Source: a virus. From it: a stretch of DNA of 64,000 nucleotides. The DNA lies in IMG/VR virus record IMGVR_UViG_3300033146_005439, positions 47,383-111,382 of that record, one strand, 5' to 3'. Numbering within the stretch: position 1 is the stretch's first letter; each line of letters starts with the position of its first letter. A program made the translations under genes and the position numbers. Of this stretch, positions 10,623 through 21,263 are shown piece by piece. The notes beneath the pieces are model-generated. The model was given only the letters and a program-made list of their open reading frames with translations, was not told the origin of the DNA and searched no databases.

Positions 10623-13202
10623 TCAACTTAAACGTTTCATTATAGGTCTAAATTCGACATCAACTTTAGTGTTATCTAAAACAAAAATACATTGGTCTGG
10701 ATCTATACCATCATATTTTGAAAAAATATTAAAAGTCAAATAAGTTAATCTTGTAGGAATAACATCAGCACAAATAGGTAGTAATATAGAATCGGTATCT
10801 AAAATTGGTTGTTCTGAAATTTTTGTATAAAAAACCCAACTTTTCTTCAATTTATTACCTTTAACAGAATTATCAAAAACTTCTACATAAACAGATACTT
10901 TATCTGAAAAATTATAACTATGTAAATCACTATAAATAGTATAACCACCAGAAATAGTAGTATAACTATAGTTACTAAACCTATTGTTAATCTTTAAAAT
11001 TAAAGTATCTAAATTAATACCTGTTCCTTTATCTATAATATCAAAAGTTATACTGTTTTCAATTAAAGCATAGGTACTATTAGGTAAAGGTTCTATATTA
11101 CATATATATGGCAATATATAATCTTCTATCAAACTAAACCAATAATCTAACCTAAATAAATTAGGCTCAGGTGCAGTATCATACACTTCTAAATAAACAT
11201 ACACTAAAGCATTATAGTGGTACTTATTAGGATTTTTAAAAGAAATCTCTAAACCTTTTAAACCTACACCAACATTAAATTCAGTCACTTTAAAAAAAGA
11301 AGATTCTTCTAATAAAATATAACCTGTGTCACCAATATAAGAAACTTCTCTTACTTTAAAAATTAAAGAAGTTTTATCTAAACTATAACCATAAGGACTT
11401 AGTCGTAACCATATTTCAGAATTAAGTGCATTACCATCAGAATAAGGTACAGGCTTAATAGCTTGTATAAAACTAAACTGTGCTATTGTAGAAGTTACTT
11501 CATTTGACCCTATAGGTAAATGCCTACTTAAATAGTTATAAAAAAGAGAAGTATCATCACTAAACTCACTTAAAAAATTTATAGGGCTGGTATGTACTGA
11601 ATCACTTAACATAGTACAAAAAATAGCACTGCTTTTTTCAGTTAATTGTAAACAAAATACATTTGATTTAAATAAATAATCTAAATAAAGAAGATTTAAA
11701 TAAGAAATATACTCTTTATAGTAATTAACTTTAAAATAACCAAAAAAATCTAAAGGTTTAAATGTAATAATCTCATAACCATGCGGAGAACTTTCAGCAC
11801 CTGCTATAAAACTAGGTTGTAATTTAATAGAAAAAGTACCTTTAACTAAATCTGTACCTAAATTAATATTACCACCATCAGTTGAAGCATAAAAAGTAAC
11901 AACTTGATCATAAATCACATCTTTAGTGGTATCATACCAACCACTGGTATAATTTATAAGGCACCAACCATCTATATCTGTTAAAACCTTACCATCAGGA
12001 TCAGAAAAGGTACCACCTTGATCTCCTGTTCTTGAAAAAGTTACTTCTTTATTAGAAACACCTACATTATATTGATCTAAAACCAGAGCTTTTAAAGTAA
12101 TTGTAGTATTATTACACATAAAACTCGGACCATCCACATAAAGGGTGATGGTATTAACATATGGTAACATAGTATCACTTATAATATTATAATAAGACCA
12201 AGGCTTAATACCTAAAGAACCGTCTATTTCACTTCTAGCCATATAGTACTTTTGTAATCTTACTACTTCATCTTTATACAAAGCTATATCATCAATAACT
12301 AAATAATTACCATAAGCATCCACAGTATTCAAAATATAAGATCTTTGTACCTCTTTTTTAATTAAATCATAATACAATAATTGACTTTTTTTTACTATAC
12401 ATAAAAAACTTATATAGTAAGAACTAAAACTTAAAGCCTCCACATCTTTAAATAAACCTGACTTAAAAAAGGTAAGCACAGCACCAGAAGATTTATCTAA
12501 TTTATATAAAATACCTTTATCTTTATTTAACTCATTATATTCTGCACTTTGTAAATATAAATCATTAAAAATAACAACAGAATCATTTATATTATAATAA
12601 TTAAAAGGAGCTTGCTTATTTTTTAAATATACTAAAGTACCTGAAACAGAAGAAACTTCTACTTTTTCCAAAGCATTTAAATTATTAACATTAGAACTTA
12701 AACCTAAGTATAAATAACTAGTAGAAGTTATATTAGAAGTATCCGCTATATTTATATAACCTGTACCAGAAACTGTAGAACTACTTAAATGTGTATAATA
12801 TACTTCAGGTGTAAAAGATTGAGTATTAAAAATATAAGAAGAATCACTATAAGATTTAACTAATGAATAATACTTTACTAAAGTACTAGTACTAACTTCT
12901 AGTTGCCAAAAAGTCACTTCTGTATAATAACCAGAAATTGTAGTATAAAGATACTGACTAGTAAGAAACAACATATTATCGACATATACAGTAGTATCTC
13001 TAGGCCCAATGTAGTCTAACGATATAAAAGTAGTATGTTGTTTAAAATTAGTATTAAAAGAAAAACTATCAATTAAAGTACCACTAGTATTTTTTATATA
13101 TAAAAAAGAATCTATATTAGACGTATCAATACTACCATAAGTTCCTAAAATAGGCGTAATACAAAAATTAGAATTATTAAACCTAACATTCTCTTGTACC
13201 AT
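10623..13202 (-). CDS. Virion protein, paralog 3, with invasin-type Ig (Big_1-like) domain and further Ig-like domains
   Basis: 859 aa; ITLKALVLDQYNVGVSNKEVTFS...TDIDGWCLINYTSG; N-terminal domain shared with the 606-aa and 618-aa neighbours. Confidence 0.6.
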   Translation of the reverse strand: MVQENVRFNNSNFCITPILGTYGSIDTSNIDSFLYIKNTSGTLIDSFSFNTNFKQHTTFISLDYIGPRDTTVYVDNMLFLTSQYLYTTISGYYTEVTFWQLEVSTSTLVKYYSLVKSYSDSSYIFNTQSFTPEVYYTHLSSSTVSGTGYINIADTSNITSTSYLYLGLSSNVNNLNALEKVEVSSVSGTLVYLKNKQAPFNYYNINDSVVIFNDLYLQSAEYNELNKDKGILYKLDKSSGAVLTFFKSGLFKDVEALSFSSYYISFLCIVKKSQLLYYDLIKKEVQRSYILNTVDAYGNYLVIDDIALYKDEVVRLQKYYMARSEIDGSLGIKPWSYYNIISDTMLPYVNTITLYVDGPSFMCNNTTITLKALVLDQYNVGVSNKEVTFSRTGDQGGTFSDPDGKVLTDIDGWCLINYTSGWYDTTKDVIYDQVVTFYASTDGGNINLGTDLVKGTFSIKLQPSFIAGAESSPHGYEIITFKPLDFFGYFKVNYYKEYISYLNLLYLDYLFKSNVFCLQLTEKSSAIFCTMLSDSVHTSPINFLSEFSDDTSLFYNYLSRHLPIGSNEVTSTIAQFSFIQAIKPVPYSDGNALNSEIWLRLSPYGYSLDKTSLIFKVREVSYIGDTGYILLEESSFFKVTEFNVGVGLKGLEISFKNPNKYHYNALVYVYLEVYDTAPEPNLFRLDYWFSLIEDYILPYICNIEPLPNSTYALIENSITFDIIDKGTGINLDTLILKINNRFSNYSYTTISGGYTIYSDLHSYNFSDKVSVYVEVFDNSVKGNKLKKSWVFYTKISEQPILDTDSILLPICADVIPTRLTYLTFNIFSKYDGIDPDQCIFVLDNTKVDVEFRPIMKRLS

Positions 13203-13206
13203 TTAA

Positions 13207-15027
13207 TTATACCACCTTAGCCTTAATTAATACTATCCTATCTTCGATACCAGAAGTATAAGCAGTTTGTGCTTTTCCAGAATAATCAAAATAACTTGTA
13301 AATACTACAGAACTAGTAACATACCCTATGGTATCATCATCGGATACTAAAACTTTCTGACCTATCATACCATCTGTATATTGATCCTTTATTACTATAT
13401 CTATAGTAGAATAATTATGAGTAGTAGCAGGAAGAACAGTAGGATACACATGCATAGATATAAAATCCTGATAAGGTCGTAAAGGAGTTATTTGATAATT
13501 AAAATATTTTCCAAAGTCATAAGTTGTCCCATAAAAAGTAGCTTTATTTTGTAATCTATATATGTTATCATCAAAAACAGCTAAAGCTTTTACAGGTATT
13601 ATAGTGTTTCCTATAGTCTCTAAATTGTCTAAAGTAATACTACCATAATAATTAACGTTATCTAAATTTTTTGTTACTACTCCTGAAATAGCTGTAACAT
13701 AATCTATATATGTAGCATTAATAGAACATACATTAGCTTCCACCAATAACTCCATAGATAAAGCATAATCATTTAAAGAAATCTCAATAAAATTAGAATC
13801 TTCTAAAGAAGTAACTTTCAAAAAAGCATTATTTTGAAAACGTTCAATATTAAAAACATATGACACACCTGATAAAGAACTAAAATAATATATTTGATCA
13901 TCTATTAAAGTATAAGGTCTTCCTCCTACAGAATAAGTATCTTCATTTATTATATAACCAAATTCATAATTCTTATGTTCATACACTTCAGAAAGTTTTA
14001 TACAAAACTTATAAAAAGAAATTCCAGAACAATTAACATAATTAGGTGTTGAAACTTTAACTTCGAAATTAATGTTTTCTAATAAGTAATAATTAGACCT
14101 TAAAGAACTTAAACCTGTAATAGGTGTTTGTAATATTAAATTAGAACCATCCATATAATAAGATCCTGAAACTAAGGACCATTTATCTAAATCTAAAGTT
14201 AAAGCATTAAAATTATCAGAAAAAGTTGTAGCAGCAGAGTAACCTAATAAATAATCCATTGATAATAAATTTAAAATATTACCTTTTACATATAAAGTTG
14301 TATGAATATCTTTATAAAAATTTAATTTGTCCACTATATGAGTAAACATAGCAGCACTTACATTCTTATATTGATCAGAAACACTAGTTAAAAGCAAAGA
14401 ACCATTCATACTAGAATATCTAGATAAAGTACCATTATTATAATTACTAAATATAAAAAAACTACTTATAATAACAACAGAATCACCTTTTTTATAATTA
14501 TAACTTAAAGTATTATCAAAAAATAAAGTGTCATCGACTACTTTAACAACACATAAAGTATCAAAAAAGCCTTCCTTATTAAAACCTAATATCACAAAAT
14601 TATTTGTAAAAATACACTTATCAAAATAAGCATCTACTTTTATAAAATTATCTGATATAAAACAGTCTTCCGATAAAGTAGTTACATAACTTTCTACAAA
14701 AAAAGCTGAAGAATCTTCTACAAAAGGTTGATCTATTAAAAAAAATTTATCCAGACTAACTATTCCTTGATTTCTATATAAATGTAATCTTATAACATAA
14801 AAATAAGTAGTTTGTTTTTCCTTAACTAAACACCAAAAACCTATACCATCATATACTAAATGATATAAGTCATATAAATATAAATTAAAATCAATAGTAA
14901 AAGTATAAACTTTCTTACCATTCGAAGTTATAGCATATAATAAACAGGCCTTATTATCAATATAATAAAAATATATTCCATCAAAAGCCATATGAGAATA
15001 GGGGACATTTAAATTAGAAAAATCCAT
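13207..15027 (-). CDS. Virion protein, paralog 2 (ConA-like middle, Big_1-like C-terminus)
   Basis: 606 aa; FSDNFNALTLDLDKW; PTVLPA...IKDQY...GKAQTAYTSG. Confidence 0.6.
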   Translation of the reverse strand: MDFSNLNVPYSHMAFDGIYFYYIDNKACLLYAITSNGKKVYTFTIDFNLYLYDLYHLVYDGIGFWCLVKEKQTTYFYVIRLHLYRNQGIVSLDKFFLIDQPFVEDSSAFFVESYVTTLSEDCFISDNFIKVDAYFDKCIFTNNFVILGFNKEGFFDTLCVVKVVDDTLFFDNTLSYNYKKGDSVVIISSFFIFSNYNNGTLSRYSSMNGSLLLTSVSDQYKNVSAAMFTHIVDKLNFYKDIHTTLYVKGNILNLLSMDYLLGYSAATTFSDNFNALTLDLDKWSLVSGSYYMDGSNLILQTPITGLSSLRSNYYLLENINFEVKVSTPNYVNCSGISFYKFCIKLSEVYEHKNYEFGYIINEDTYSVGGRPYTLIDDQIYYFSSLSGVSYVFNIERFQNNAFLKVTSLEDSNFIEISLNDYALSMELLVEANVCSINATYIDYVTAISGVVTKNLDNVNYYGSITLDNLETIGNTIIPVKALAVFDDNIYRLQNKATFYGTTYDFGKYFNYQITPLRPYQDFISMHVYPTVLPATTHNYSTIDIVIKDQYTDGMIGQKVLVSDDDTIGYVTSSVVFTSYFDYSGKAQTAYTSGIEDRIVLIKAKVV

Positions 15028-15035
15028 TAAAACTA

Positions 15036-16892
15036 TTAAGTCTGAGGTGCACGAGCAGTAACTAAACCTTTACCATATTGTGTTCCAGCAGTTAATTCTG
15101 TAACAGCTTTACCATTTTCATCAGTATTAACATAAGAAGGACCAGAGATATCTCCTAAATTAGCATCAAAACTAACACGACGTCCTACTATAGGCTGTAA
15201 GTATTGATCTGTTACATAAGCTGTAATTATACTTTTACTATAACTATCTGCGGGTAACACTGCCGGTGAAGCAGTTAATGCTATAGCTGCTATAAAAGAT
15301 TTCATAGGACTTAATATATAACCATGTCCAGTAGTTAATATATAAATATTTCCTGAATCAACGCTTAAATCTTTAATCCTTGAAAAATCAATATCATTAT
15401 CTACTATTTCTGACACATAAGCTGAACCATAATAAGGTAAATCATTGGTAAAACTTTTTATATATACTCTACCTCGTGTAAAAATAAAATTGTCATAGAT
15501 TAAATCTAAAGAACTAGTACTATCTGTTTTAACACTAAGAATAAATTGTGCTTCTGTATCATACATATCTACTGTATATAAAGTAGTTTCAGAACTTACT
15601 ATACCTGATTCTACAGTTTTATAAAAAAAGCTTACTTTTGTATCATCTAAGCCCTGATTCCTACGCATACCTAATATATAATTAGTAGCGTTAGTACTAA
15701 TGCCTGAAGCTACAGTGTCTGTTTCTTTTCTATAAACCACTGAAAAATTACTAAAAGTATTACTACCAAATTCTGTACTATAACCCCTAGAAATAATACA
15801 ATATCTATTAGATTCCTGAGGAAAAAGTAAACCTAAAGACTGTTGATAATATTCACCTGAAGAAATATTACTATCAATAATAGAACCACTCACAGTAACT
15901 TCAAAATAATCATCAGTATAATACTTAGAAATAATAGTATTATTAGTTTCAGAAGTAGAATAAGACCTTAAAGTATTATTATTTATAGTCAAAGAACCAC
16001 TTAAAGTAACCCATTTATTTGAATCAGGTAAACTACCATTAGTACCTGTAAACTCATCATCATATGTAGACCCTTCAACATAAGTTTTATTAATAGTACT
16101 AACATCTAAAAAAAGTATAGAAGGCCCTTTTAAATATAATAAAGCATCTACTTCTCCGACATCTTTAAATATATCAATGGTTGTAAATGTAGCAGCTTTT
16201 ACATCTTTATATACACCACTACCATATTTTTCTTTAAAAAAACCTGAATGAGAGTCGAACTTATATAAAGCTCCTGAAGTTTCATCTGAACCATTATAAT
16301 TATTAAACATAAATAAATGTTTATGAAATAATATTGAAGTGTTTTGTGCATAATCATGTTGTAAAGAAGAAGTTAAACGTACTCCTCCATATAAAACACT
16401 ATCCACAACCACTTCTTCTGATTTACCTAAAGCATTAGGCCCTATAAATAAAGTTGCTCCTTCTATTAAAAAAATATTATTGTAATATTTATTTAAATAT
16501 AATACGGTATCTCCTTGAGAAGCATTCTTACTTAAAGTTGTATGATAATGTTCCACAGTAAACGCATCAGCATTATATTTATGAGAACTATTTGCTTCAA
16601 AATTAAATGTTTGCTTTAATTTACAAATGTAATTCTCTACTCTCCAACGTTTAATAACCATAGAAGTAGAAGGTTTTTGCTCATCATCACCATCTAAATA
16701 TAAAGGTTGTAAAGACCAAAAATTAATCCCATCATATTCCATAGATACAACAGGCTTATATAAAACTGTATCTAAAGGATAAGTATAAGCATAATTACCA
16801 TTATCAACCTCTATAACCAAAGCATCTACGTCAACATCAAATGTATAGAAATAACCCTCTTTTACACTAAAATTATCACTATTTATAACCAT
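15036..16892 (-). CDS. Virion protein, paralog 1 (ConA-like middle, Big_1-like C-terminus)
   Basis: 618 aa; YDDEFTGTNGSLPDSNKW; LTASPAVLPADSYSKSIITAYVTDQY...TDENGKAVTELTAG is a typical invasin Ig motif; AGAGG RBS. Confidence 0.65.
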   Translation of the reverse strand: MVINSDNFSVKEGYFYTFDVDVDALVIEVDNGNYAYTYPLDTVLYKPVVSMEYDGINFWSLQPLYLDGDDEQKPSTSMVIKRWRVENYICKLKQTFNFEANSSHKYNADAFTVEHYHTTLSKNASQGDTVLYLNKYYNNIFLIEGATLFIGPNALGKSEEVVVDSVLYGGVRLTSSLQHDYAQNTSILFHKHLFMFNNYNGSDETSGALYKFDSHSGFFKEKYGSGVYKDVKAATFTTIDIFKDVGEVDALLYLKGPSILFLDVSTINKTYVEGSTYDDEFTGTNGSLPDSNKWVTLSGSLTINNNTLRSYSTSETNNTIISKYYTDDYFEVTVSGSIIDSNISSGEYYQQSLGLLFPQESNRYCIISRGYSTEFGSNTFSNFSVVYRKETDTVASGISTNATNYILGMRRNQGLDDTKVSFFYKTVESGIVSSETTLYTVDMYDTEAQFILSVKTDSTSSLDLIYDNFIFTRGRVYIKSFTNDLPYYGSAYVSEIVDNDIDFSRIKDLSVDSGNIYILTTGHGYILSPMKSFIAAIALTASPAVLPADSYSKSIITAYVTDQYLQPIVGRRVSFDANLGDISGPSYVNTDENGKAVTELTAGTQYGKGLVTARAPQT

Positions 16893-16909
16893 TACTATAA
16901 CCTCTTATT

Positions 16910-17413
16910 TTAGTCATTATGCGCTCTTTCTGGTTGCCATTTAAATTTAACATTAAAAGGATCTCCCTGCAATAAAAACTTATCTGTAACATCAAAAATA
17001 AAATCACCATTATTTAAAGTAACTACCATTTCTGAAAAATCTAAACCAGAAGCAGGCATAGTATCCTCTATACCAAATTCTATATAAGAAGTTATACTAA
17101 CATTATTACCTTCTGGATAAAAATAATACAAATTAGGTGCTTCTGTATCTTCTAAAATATCATCCCAATTAATTTTTTTACATAAAGCACTAACAATATT
17201 ATCTATAATATCATCTAAATATTTAACATTTAATACACCTACATAAACAGGAGCTATTTTATTACCTTCTAAATCTAATTCTAATGTGCCTACTTCTAAA
17301 TACCAACGAGATTCACCGTCTTTTTTATTAAAGTCTACAAATTCTTTTAAACTTATATTAAATTTAACTGCCTTATAAGGATTTAAATTAGACTTAACAA
17401 ATAAATCAGCCAT
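16910..17413 (-). CDS. Hypothetical virion protein (Ig-like C-terminal half)
   Basis: 167 aa; DTEAPNL..FYPEG...IEFGIED...GLD resembles the C-terminal Ig-like domain of the 859-aa protein. Confidence 0.55.
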   Translation of the reverse strand: MADLFVKSNLNPYKAVKFNISLKEFVDFNKKDGESRWYLEVGTLELDLEGNKIAPVYVGVLNVKYLDDIIDNIVSALCKKINWDDILEDTEAPNLYYFYPEGNNVSITSYIEFGIEDTMPASGLDFSEMVVTLNNGDFIFDVTDKFLLQGDPFNVKFKWQPERAHND

Positions 17414-17415
17414 AT

Positions 17416-18399
17416 TTAACTAGAAAAATCTATCTGATTAATTAAACTTTTAGACATGTAGCGTAATAAAGCATCAATATCCTCAAAATAATTATCAGGT
17501 TTATTATCAGGATCTTGTTTTCTCAATATTTGAACATAAGAACCATCAGTTACAGCATAACTATGTTGTATACCAATAAAACCATTAGCTGCTTGAGTAG
17601 GAACTGTAATTTGAGTACCAGAAACAGTTATGGCCGTAAAATAATCAAAATTCTCACCATCTGTAATATACAAACTATCACCATCTTGAACACCAGTACC
17701 TAAACCTATATTTAAAATAGATGTACCTGCATTATAATCAGCTGTTATAGAAGCTTCTGCTATAGTAGTGCCCCATAAATCTTCAGAAGTAACTGCATGA
17801 TCAAAACCTAAAACTTCTGTACAATTATTTGTAGGTGCGGAAGCTACTGCTACTGAAGTTCTATTTGGTCCCACATAATCTGAACTTATGGTACCAGATG
17901 TTATATAAAATTTTCCTGATTTAAAAGTAACATCACAATTAGTATAAGCTAATTGAAAACCTTTATCACCATCCACACACTGAATGTCTCTTATTTTGTC
18001 CTGCATATCTGCAGCTATATCTTCACCAGTCTTCAAAGTATTATCCGTATTATATTCTAATTCGATCTCATAATAAGCCTTTCCATTATAAGTATAAGTT
18101 CCACTAACTGTAGCATCCATACTAACACCCATACGATTAGTTGCTGCTGTTAAATTAAATTTTCCAGCTACACCGGCCAAACCAGAAGATTTGGCCCAAC
18201 CAACATAAGGATGCATAACATATAAGTCTTGTATAGGTGTTCTATTTGTATTATTAGCATATGCTGTTGTTGAAGCTATAAGCATTAATTTTTCATCACC
18301 ATAAGTATTTGTAGGTACTATTTGATCTACATCTAAAGTAACTCTTTTTGTTATCCCTGGATAAAGTATTAAGTCTTGCACATCTTGATTAATAGCCAT
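17416..18399 (-). CDS. Virion structural protein
   Basis: 327 aa; GAGGAG RBS; shares the IAxD...FxIxSG...VLGFD domain with the 520-aa protein. Confidence 0.6.
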   Translation of the reverse strand: MAINQDVQDLILYPGITKRVTLDVDQIVPTNTYGDEKLMLIASTTAYANNTNRTPIQDLYVMHPYVGWAKSSGLAGVAGKFNLTAATNRMGVSMDATVSGTYTYNGKAYYEIELEYNTDNTLKTGEDIAADMQDKIRDIQCVDGDKGFQLAYTNCDVTFKSGKFYITSGTISSDYVGPNRTSVAVASAPTNNCTEVLGFDHAVTSEDLWGTTIAEASITADYNAGTSILNIGLGTGVQDGDSLYITDGENFDYFTAITVSGTQITVPTQAANGFIGIQHSYAVTDGSYVQILRKQDPDNKPDNYFEDIDALLRYMSKSLINQIDFSS

Positions 18400-18427
18400 A
18401 ATTATAATCTCCTCTAATAACTAATTT

Positions 18428-18775
18428 TTATTTATAAAAGTAAGCAATACCCTTATTCAATTTATGAGGGCAATTATCAAATGTACATCTATACCCCCAA
18501 GAAACTTGTGAAGCTGTCTCCATGTAATAGGCCCTCCCAGTAAGATCTGTATGATCAACTTTAGTAGGTAAAGGATCTGTAGCAGACAACCCTAACATGT
18601 AACGTGTTTTTTCATCAGACACTCTAATATCATAAGGACAAGGCATCCAACAGTGCCCAGAATGTTGATTTTTTTTATATTGTGGTAAATTACCATAAGC
18701 ATCAGTTCCATAAATTAACTTCCATTTTTCTTCTTTAGTTAAATTAGGATTAGAACAAATATCTTTACTTCTCAT
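18428..18775 (-). CDS. Hypothetical Cys/His-containing protein
   Basis: 115 aa; HCWMPCP and CTFDNCPH. Confidence 0.55.
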   Translation of the reverse strand: MRSKDICSNPNLTKEEKWKLIYGTDAYGNLPQYKKNQHSGHCWMPCPYDIRVSDEKTRYMLGLSATDPLPTKVDHTDLTGRAYYMETASQVSWGYRCTFDNCPHKLNKGIAYFYK

Positions 18776-19184
18776 AATTATATACCTGAGTATCTAAATT
18801 TACAATATAAGTTTTATAGTTAGGGTGCCAATCATGAACACTTCTATCATGATCACTACAATCTATAACCATATAATCAGTATCACTTAATTTAGGTGCT
18901 TTATTTAACTCTGTTTTATGTTCTAACTTACAATTATTTAAATATACTTTATCATTTTTATATAAAATTTTTTCCCAAGATAATTTCCCTATATACACAT
19001 TTTCTACCACTATATAATACTGTTCAAAAAAATCCAAATGTATACTATCATTATCTTGAATTTTCTCTGCTATAGTTAATACTGGACCACAAAAATAAGC
19101 ATCCTCAAAAAAACAAACGCCTTCTTTATATAAAACCTTAGACCAATGCACTTCAAGTCTAAATAAGTCATTTAATAATCTCAT
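18765..19184 (-). CDS. Hypothetical protein with internal duplication
   Basis: 139 aa; LEVHWSKVLYKEGVCFF resembles GKLSWEKILYKNDKVYL. Confidence 0.55.
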   Translation of the reverse strand: MRLLNDLFRLEVHWSKVLYKEGVCFFEDAYFCGPVLTIAEKIQDNDSIHLDFFEQYYIVVENVYIGKLSWEKILYKNDKVYLNNCKLEHKTELNKAPKLSDTDYMVIDCSDHDRSVHDWHPNYKTYIVNLDTQVYNYEK

Positions 19185-19193
19185 AAAGCTCTC

Positions 19194-19850
19194 TTACAAA
19201 TATAAAGGTGTATAAGGCATAGAACAACTACCTTGACCTATATCACCAGAACCACTTTGAGAATTACCTACACTAGATACAACAGCTGTCTGCACTCTAT
19301 CTGCTCTACCTATCTGCCCTGCGGATACACTACCTGAAGTTCCTTCTGAAATGGAACCTCCAAAATTAACACCAACAACACCTTGATCTGGAGGATCACC
19401 TGTAACTGAACCTTCAGAAATACCTCGCAGTACATAATCAGGTAACACAACTTCTGTATCGCCCAAAGTAACATAATTCATCATTGACCAAGTCTCTTGG
19501 CCTGGTTGTCTAGCATCACCCTTAGAAAAACTATAACTAGTAACAAACCATTGCGTAGAACTAGGCCCTAAGTCATCTCCTGTAGTACATCCAGCTGGAA
19601 ATACTCTACAAAACATAGTATTAGCATCAATACAAGTTGTAGTAGGAGTAGTATCGTAAGTTGGTGTATTACCAGAATACAATGTTATATTTATAGTTTC
19701 TGTAGGACTTTTTATCTCTGCTGGATCATAAGGTAACCAATCACCTAACACATAAGCTCTCTGCACATTAGGATTAATTTCCCATGATACTTGAGTAGGA
19801 TGACCTCCTCCCATATCAACTATAGTTCCTGCACCTATTATAACTCCCAT
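19194..19850 (-). CDS. Putative minor tail protein
   Basis: 218 aa, G/S/T-rich; GAGG RBS; tail-tip context. Confidence 0.5.
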   Translation of the reverse strand: MGVIIGAGTIVDMGGGHPTQVSWEINPNVQRAYVLGDWLPYDPAEIKSPTETINITLYSGNTPTYDTTPTTTCIDANTMFCRVFPAGCTTGDDLGPSSTQWFVTSYSFSKGDARQPGQETWSMMNYVTLGDTEVVLPDYVLRGISEGSVTGDPPDQGVVGVNFGGSISEGTSGSVSAGQIGRADRVQTAVVSSVGNSQSGSGDIGQGSCSMPYTPLYL

Positions 19851-19901
19851 AAATTTTACCTCTAAAAATAAAGTTAAATAATTTATTATATTATAGTTAG
19901 A

Positions 19902-20093
19902 TTATTTAGATTTACATTTTTTATACATAACATAATTACATATATATCTTTTATCACATTTTTTACAAAATCTTTTTTTAAAAATATTTAAACGAGCTCT
20001 AATTTGTCTATCAGGTAAATAAGCATAACCACCCATAACATCATATTCTTCTTCTGTTAAATTGCGACGTTTAACACATTTAGAGCAACCCAT
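19902..20093 (-). CDS. Small basic Cys-rich protein
   Basis: 63 aa; CSKC and CKKC....C.....KKC; tightly packed in the operon. Confidence 0.5.
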   Translation of the reverse strand: MGCSKCVKRRNLTEEEYDVMGGYAYLPDRQIRARLNIFKKRFCKKCDKRYICNYVMYKKCKSK

Positions 20094-20095
20094 GT

Positions 20096-20335
20096 TTAAT
20101 CTGTTGTAGCTATTAAAGTTACTCTAGTCTCATACCAATTTACTGTATCTCTTACAGGTGAAAGAGACATATCAGTAATATATCCAGAAAAATGTTGTCC
20201 GCCGGCGTTTAATTCTGTAACATAACAATAGTCTGCATTTTTATGTACCATCGTATAAGATATAGATACAATACCCATAATATTATAATTAAAAGACAAT
20301 GATGTACAGTCTATAAAAGATTCTTCACAAGCCAT
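20096..20335 (-). CDS. Hypothetical tail-tip protein
   Basis: 79 aa; 2-nt spacing to both neighbours. Confidence 0.5.
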   Translation of the reverse strand: MACEESFIDCTSLSFNYNIMGIVSISYTMVHKNADYCYVTELNAGGQHFSGYITDMSLSPVRDTVNWYETRVTLIATTD

Positions 20336-20337
20336 AA

Positions 20338-20622
20338 TTATCTAACAAACTCCTCATCAACATAAACTGGATTATGTATAATTTTACCTTGAAAACTTTC
20401 TTGTTCTTTATCTAAAAGTCTAGTAAAATTAGCTGATACGTAATCACCATCTTGACCTCTAAAATCAGAACTAGAAGGTAATTCAGTAGTATATAAAAAA
20501 TTATCTACTGTATTCTCCTCTGCCATAAAAGTCTGTAAAACAAAATGACCTATAGAAATAGGCATAGGAGCTCCAGCTCTTAATTTATAAGTATTACTAG
20601 TTATCTTAATCTCATTTGCCAT
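20338..20622 (-). CDS. Hypothetical protein
   Basis: 94 aa; AAGGTG RBS. Confidence 0.5.
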   Translation of the reverse strand: MANEIKITSNTYKLRAGAPMPISIGHFVLQTFMAEENTVDNFLYTTELPSSSDFRGQDGDYVSANFTRLLDKEQESFQGKIIHNPVYVDEEFVR

Positions 20623-20631
20623 AATAACACC

Positions 20632-21252
20632 TTATTCTTTAATATTATATATAAAATCAAAAGAAACTATTGGTATTTTTCCTGGAGTACATTGTAAATT
20701 TATACTTTGTAACATACAAACACCGTACCCACCTATACCATAATTAGTTAAATTAATTTTACAATTAGCTTCATTAGATGTATTTATATGCCAAGGATTA
20801 CCAGAATAAACTAAACCTATACCATCATATTGAGTATCTTCAGTATATAAAGAAGCAGGACCAGAAGACGCTGAAGCATCAACAACATCATAAGAAATTA
20901 TAGGGTTAGATATACCTCCTAAACTAGGAAATGATGCTAACCCTTGTACATCACCAGATATAGTAGACCTACCAGCACCCCCAAATAAATATATAAAATG
21001 ATCACAATCAGTTCTTCTTTGCCAATTAATACTTACAGTAGCTTTTCCAGCACAACCACTATGAACTTTAGAACTAGCATAAGCTGAAATAGACACTGTA
21101 CCTGAACTAGGTTCCACTGCAACACTTGCATTATTACCTATAAAAAAATACTGAAATCCTGTATTACCCCTAGAAGATACAGAAATCAAACCTTTTGCTG
21201 TAGTAGGAAAATTACCTACAAGTTTACAACAATCTACTTGTGCCTTAACCAT
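20632..21252 (-). CDS. Putative minor tail protein
   Basis: 206 aa, beta-rich, Cys-containing; AAGGT RBS. Confidence 0.5.
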   Translation of the reverse strand: MVKAQVDCCKLVGNFPTTAKGLISVSSRGNTGFQYFFIGNNASVAVEPSSGTVSISAYASSKVHSGCAGKATVSINWQRRTDCDHFIYLFGGAGRSTISGDVQGLASFPSLGGISNPIISYDVVDASASSGPASLYTEDTQYDGIGLVYSGNPWHINTSNEANCKINLTNYGIGGYGVCMLQSINLQCTPGKIPIVSFDFIYNIKE

Positions 21253-21263
21253 CTAAATTACCT

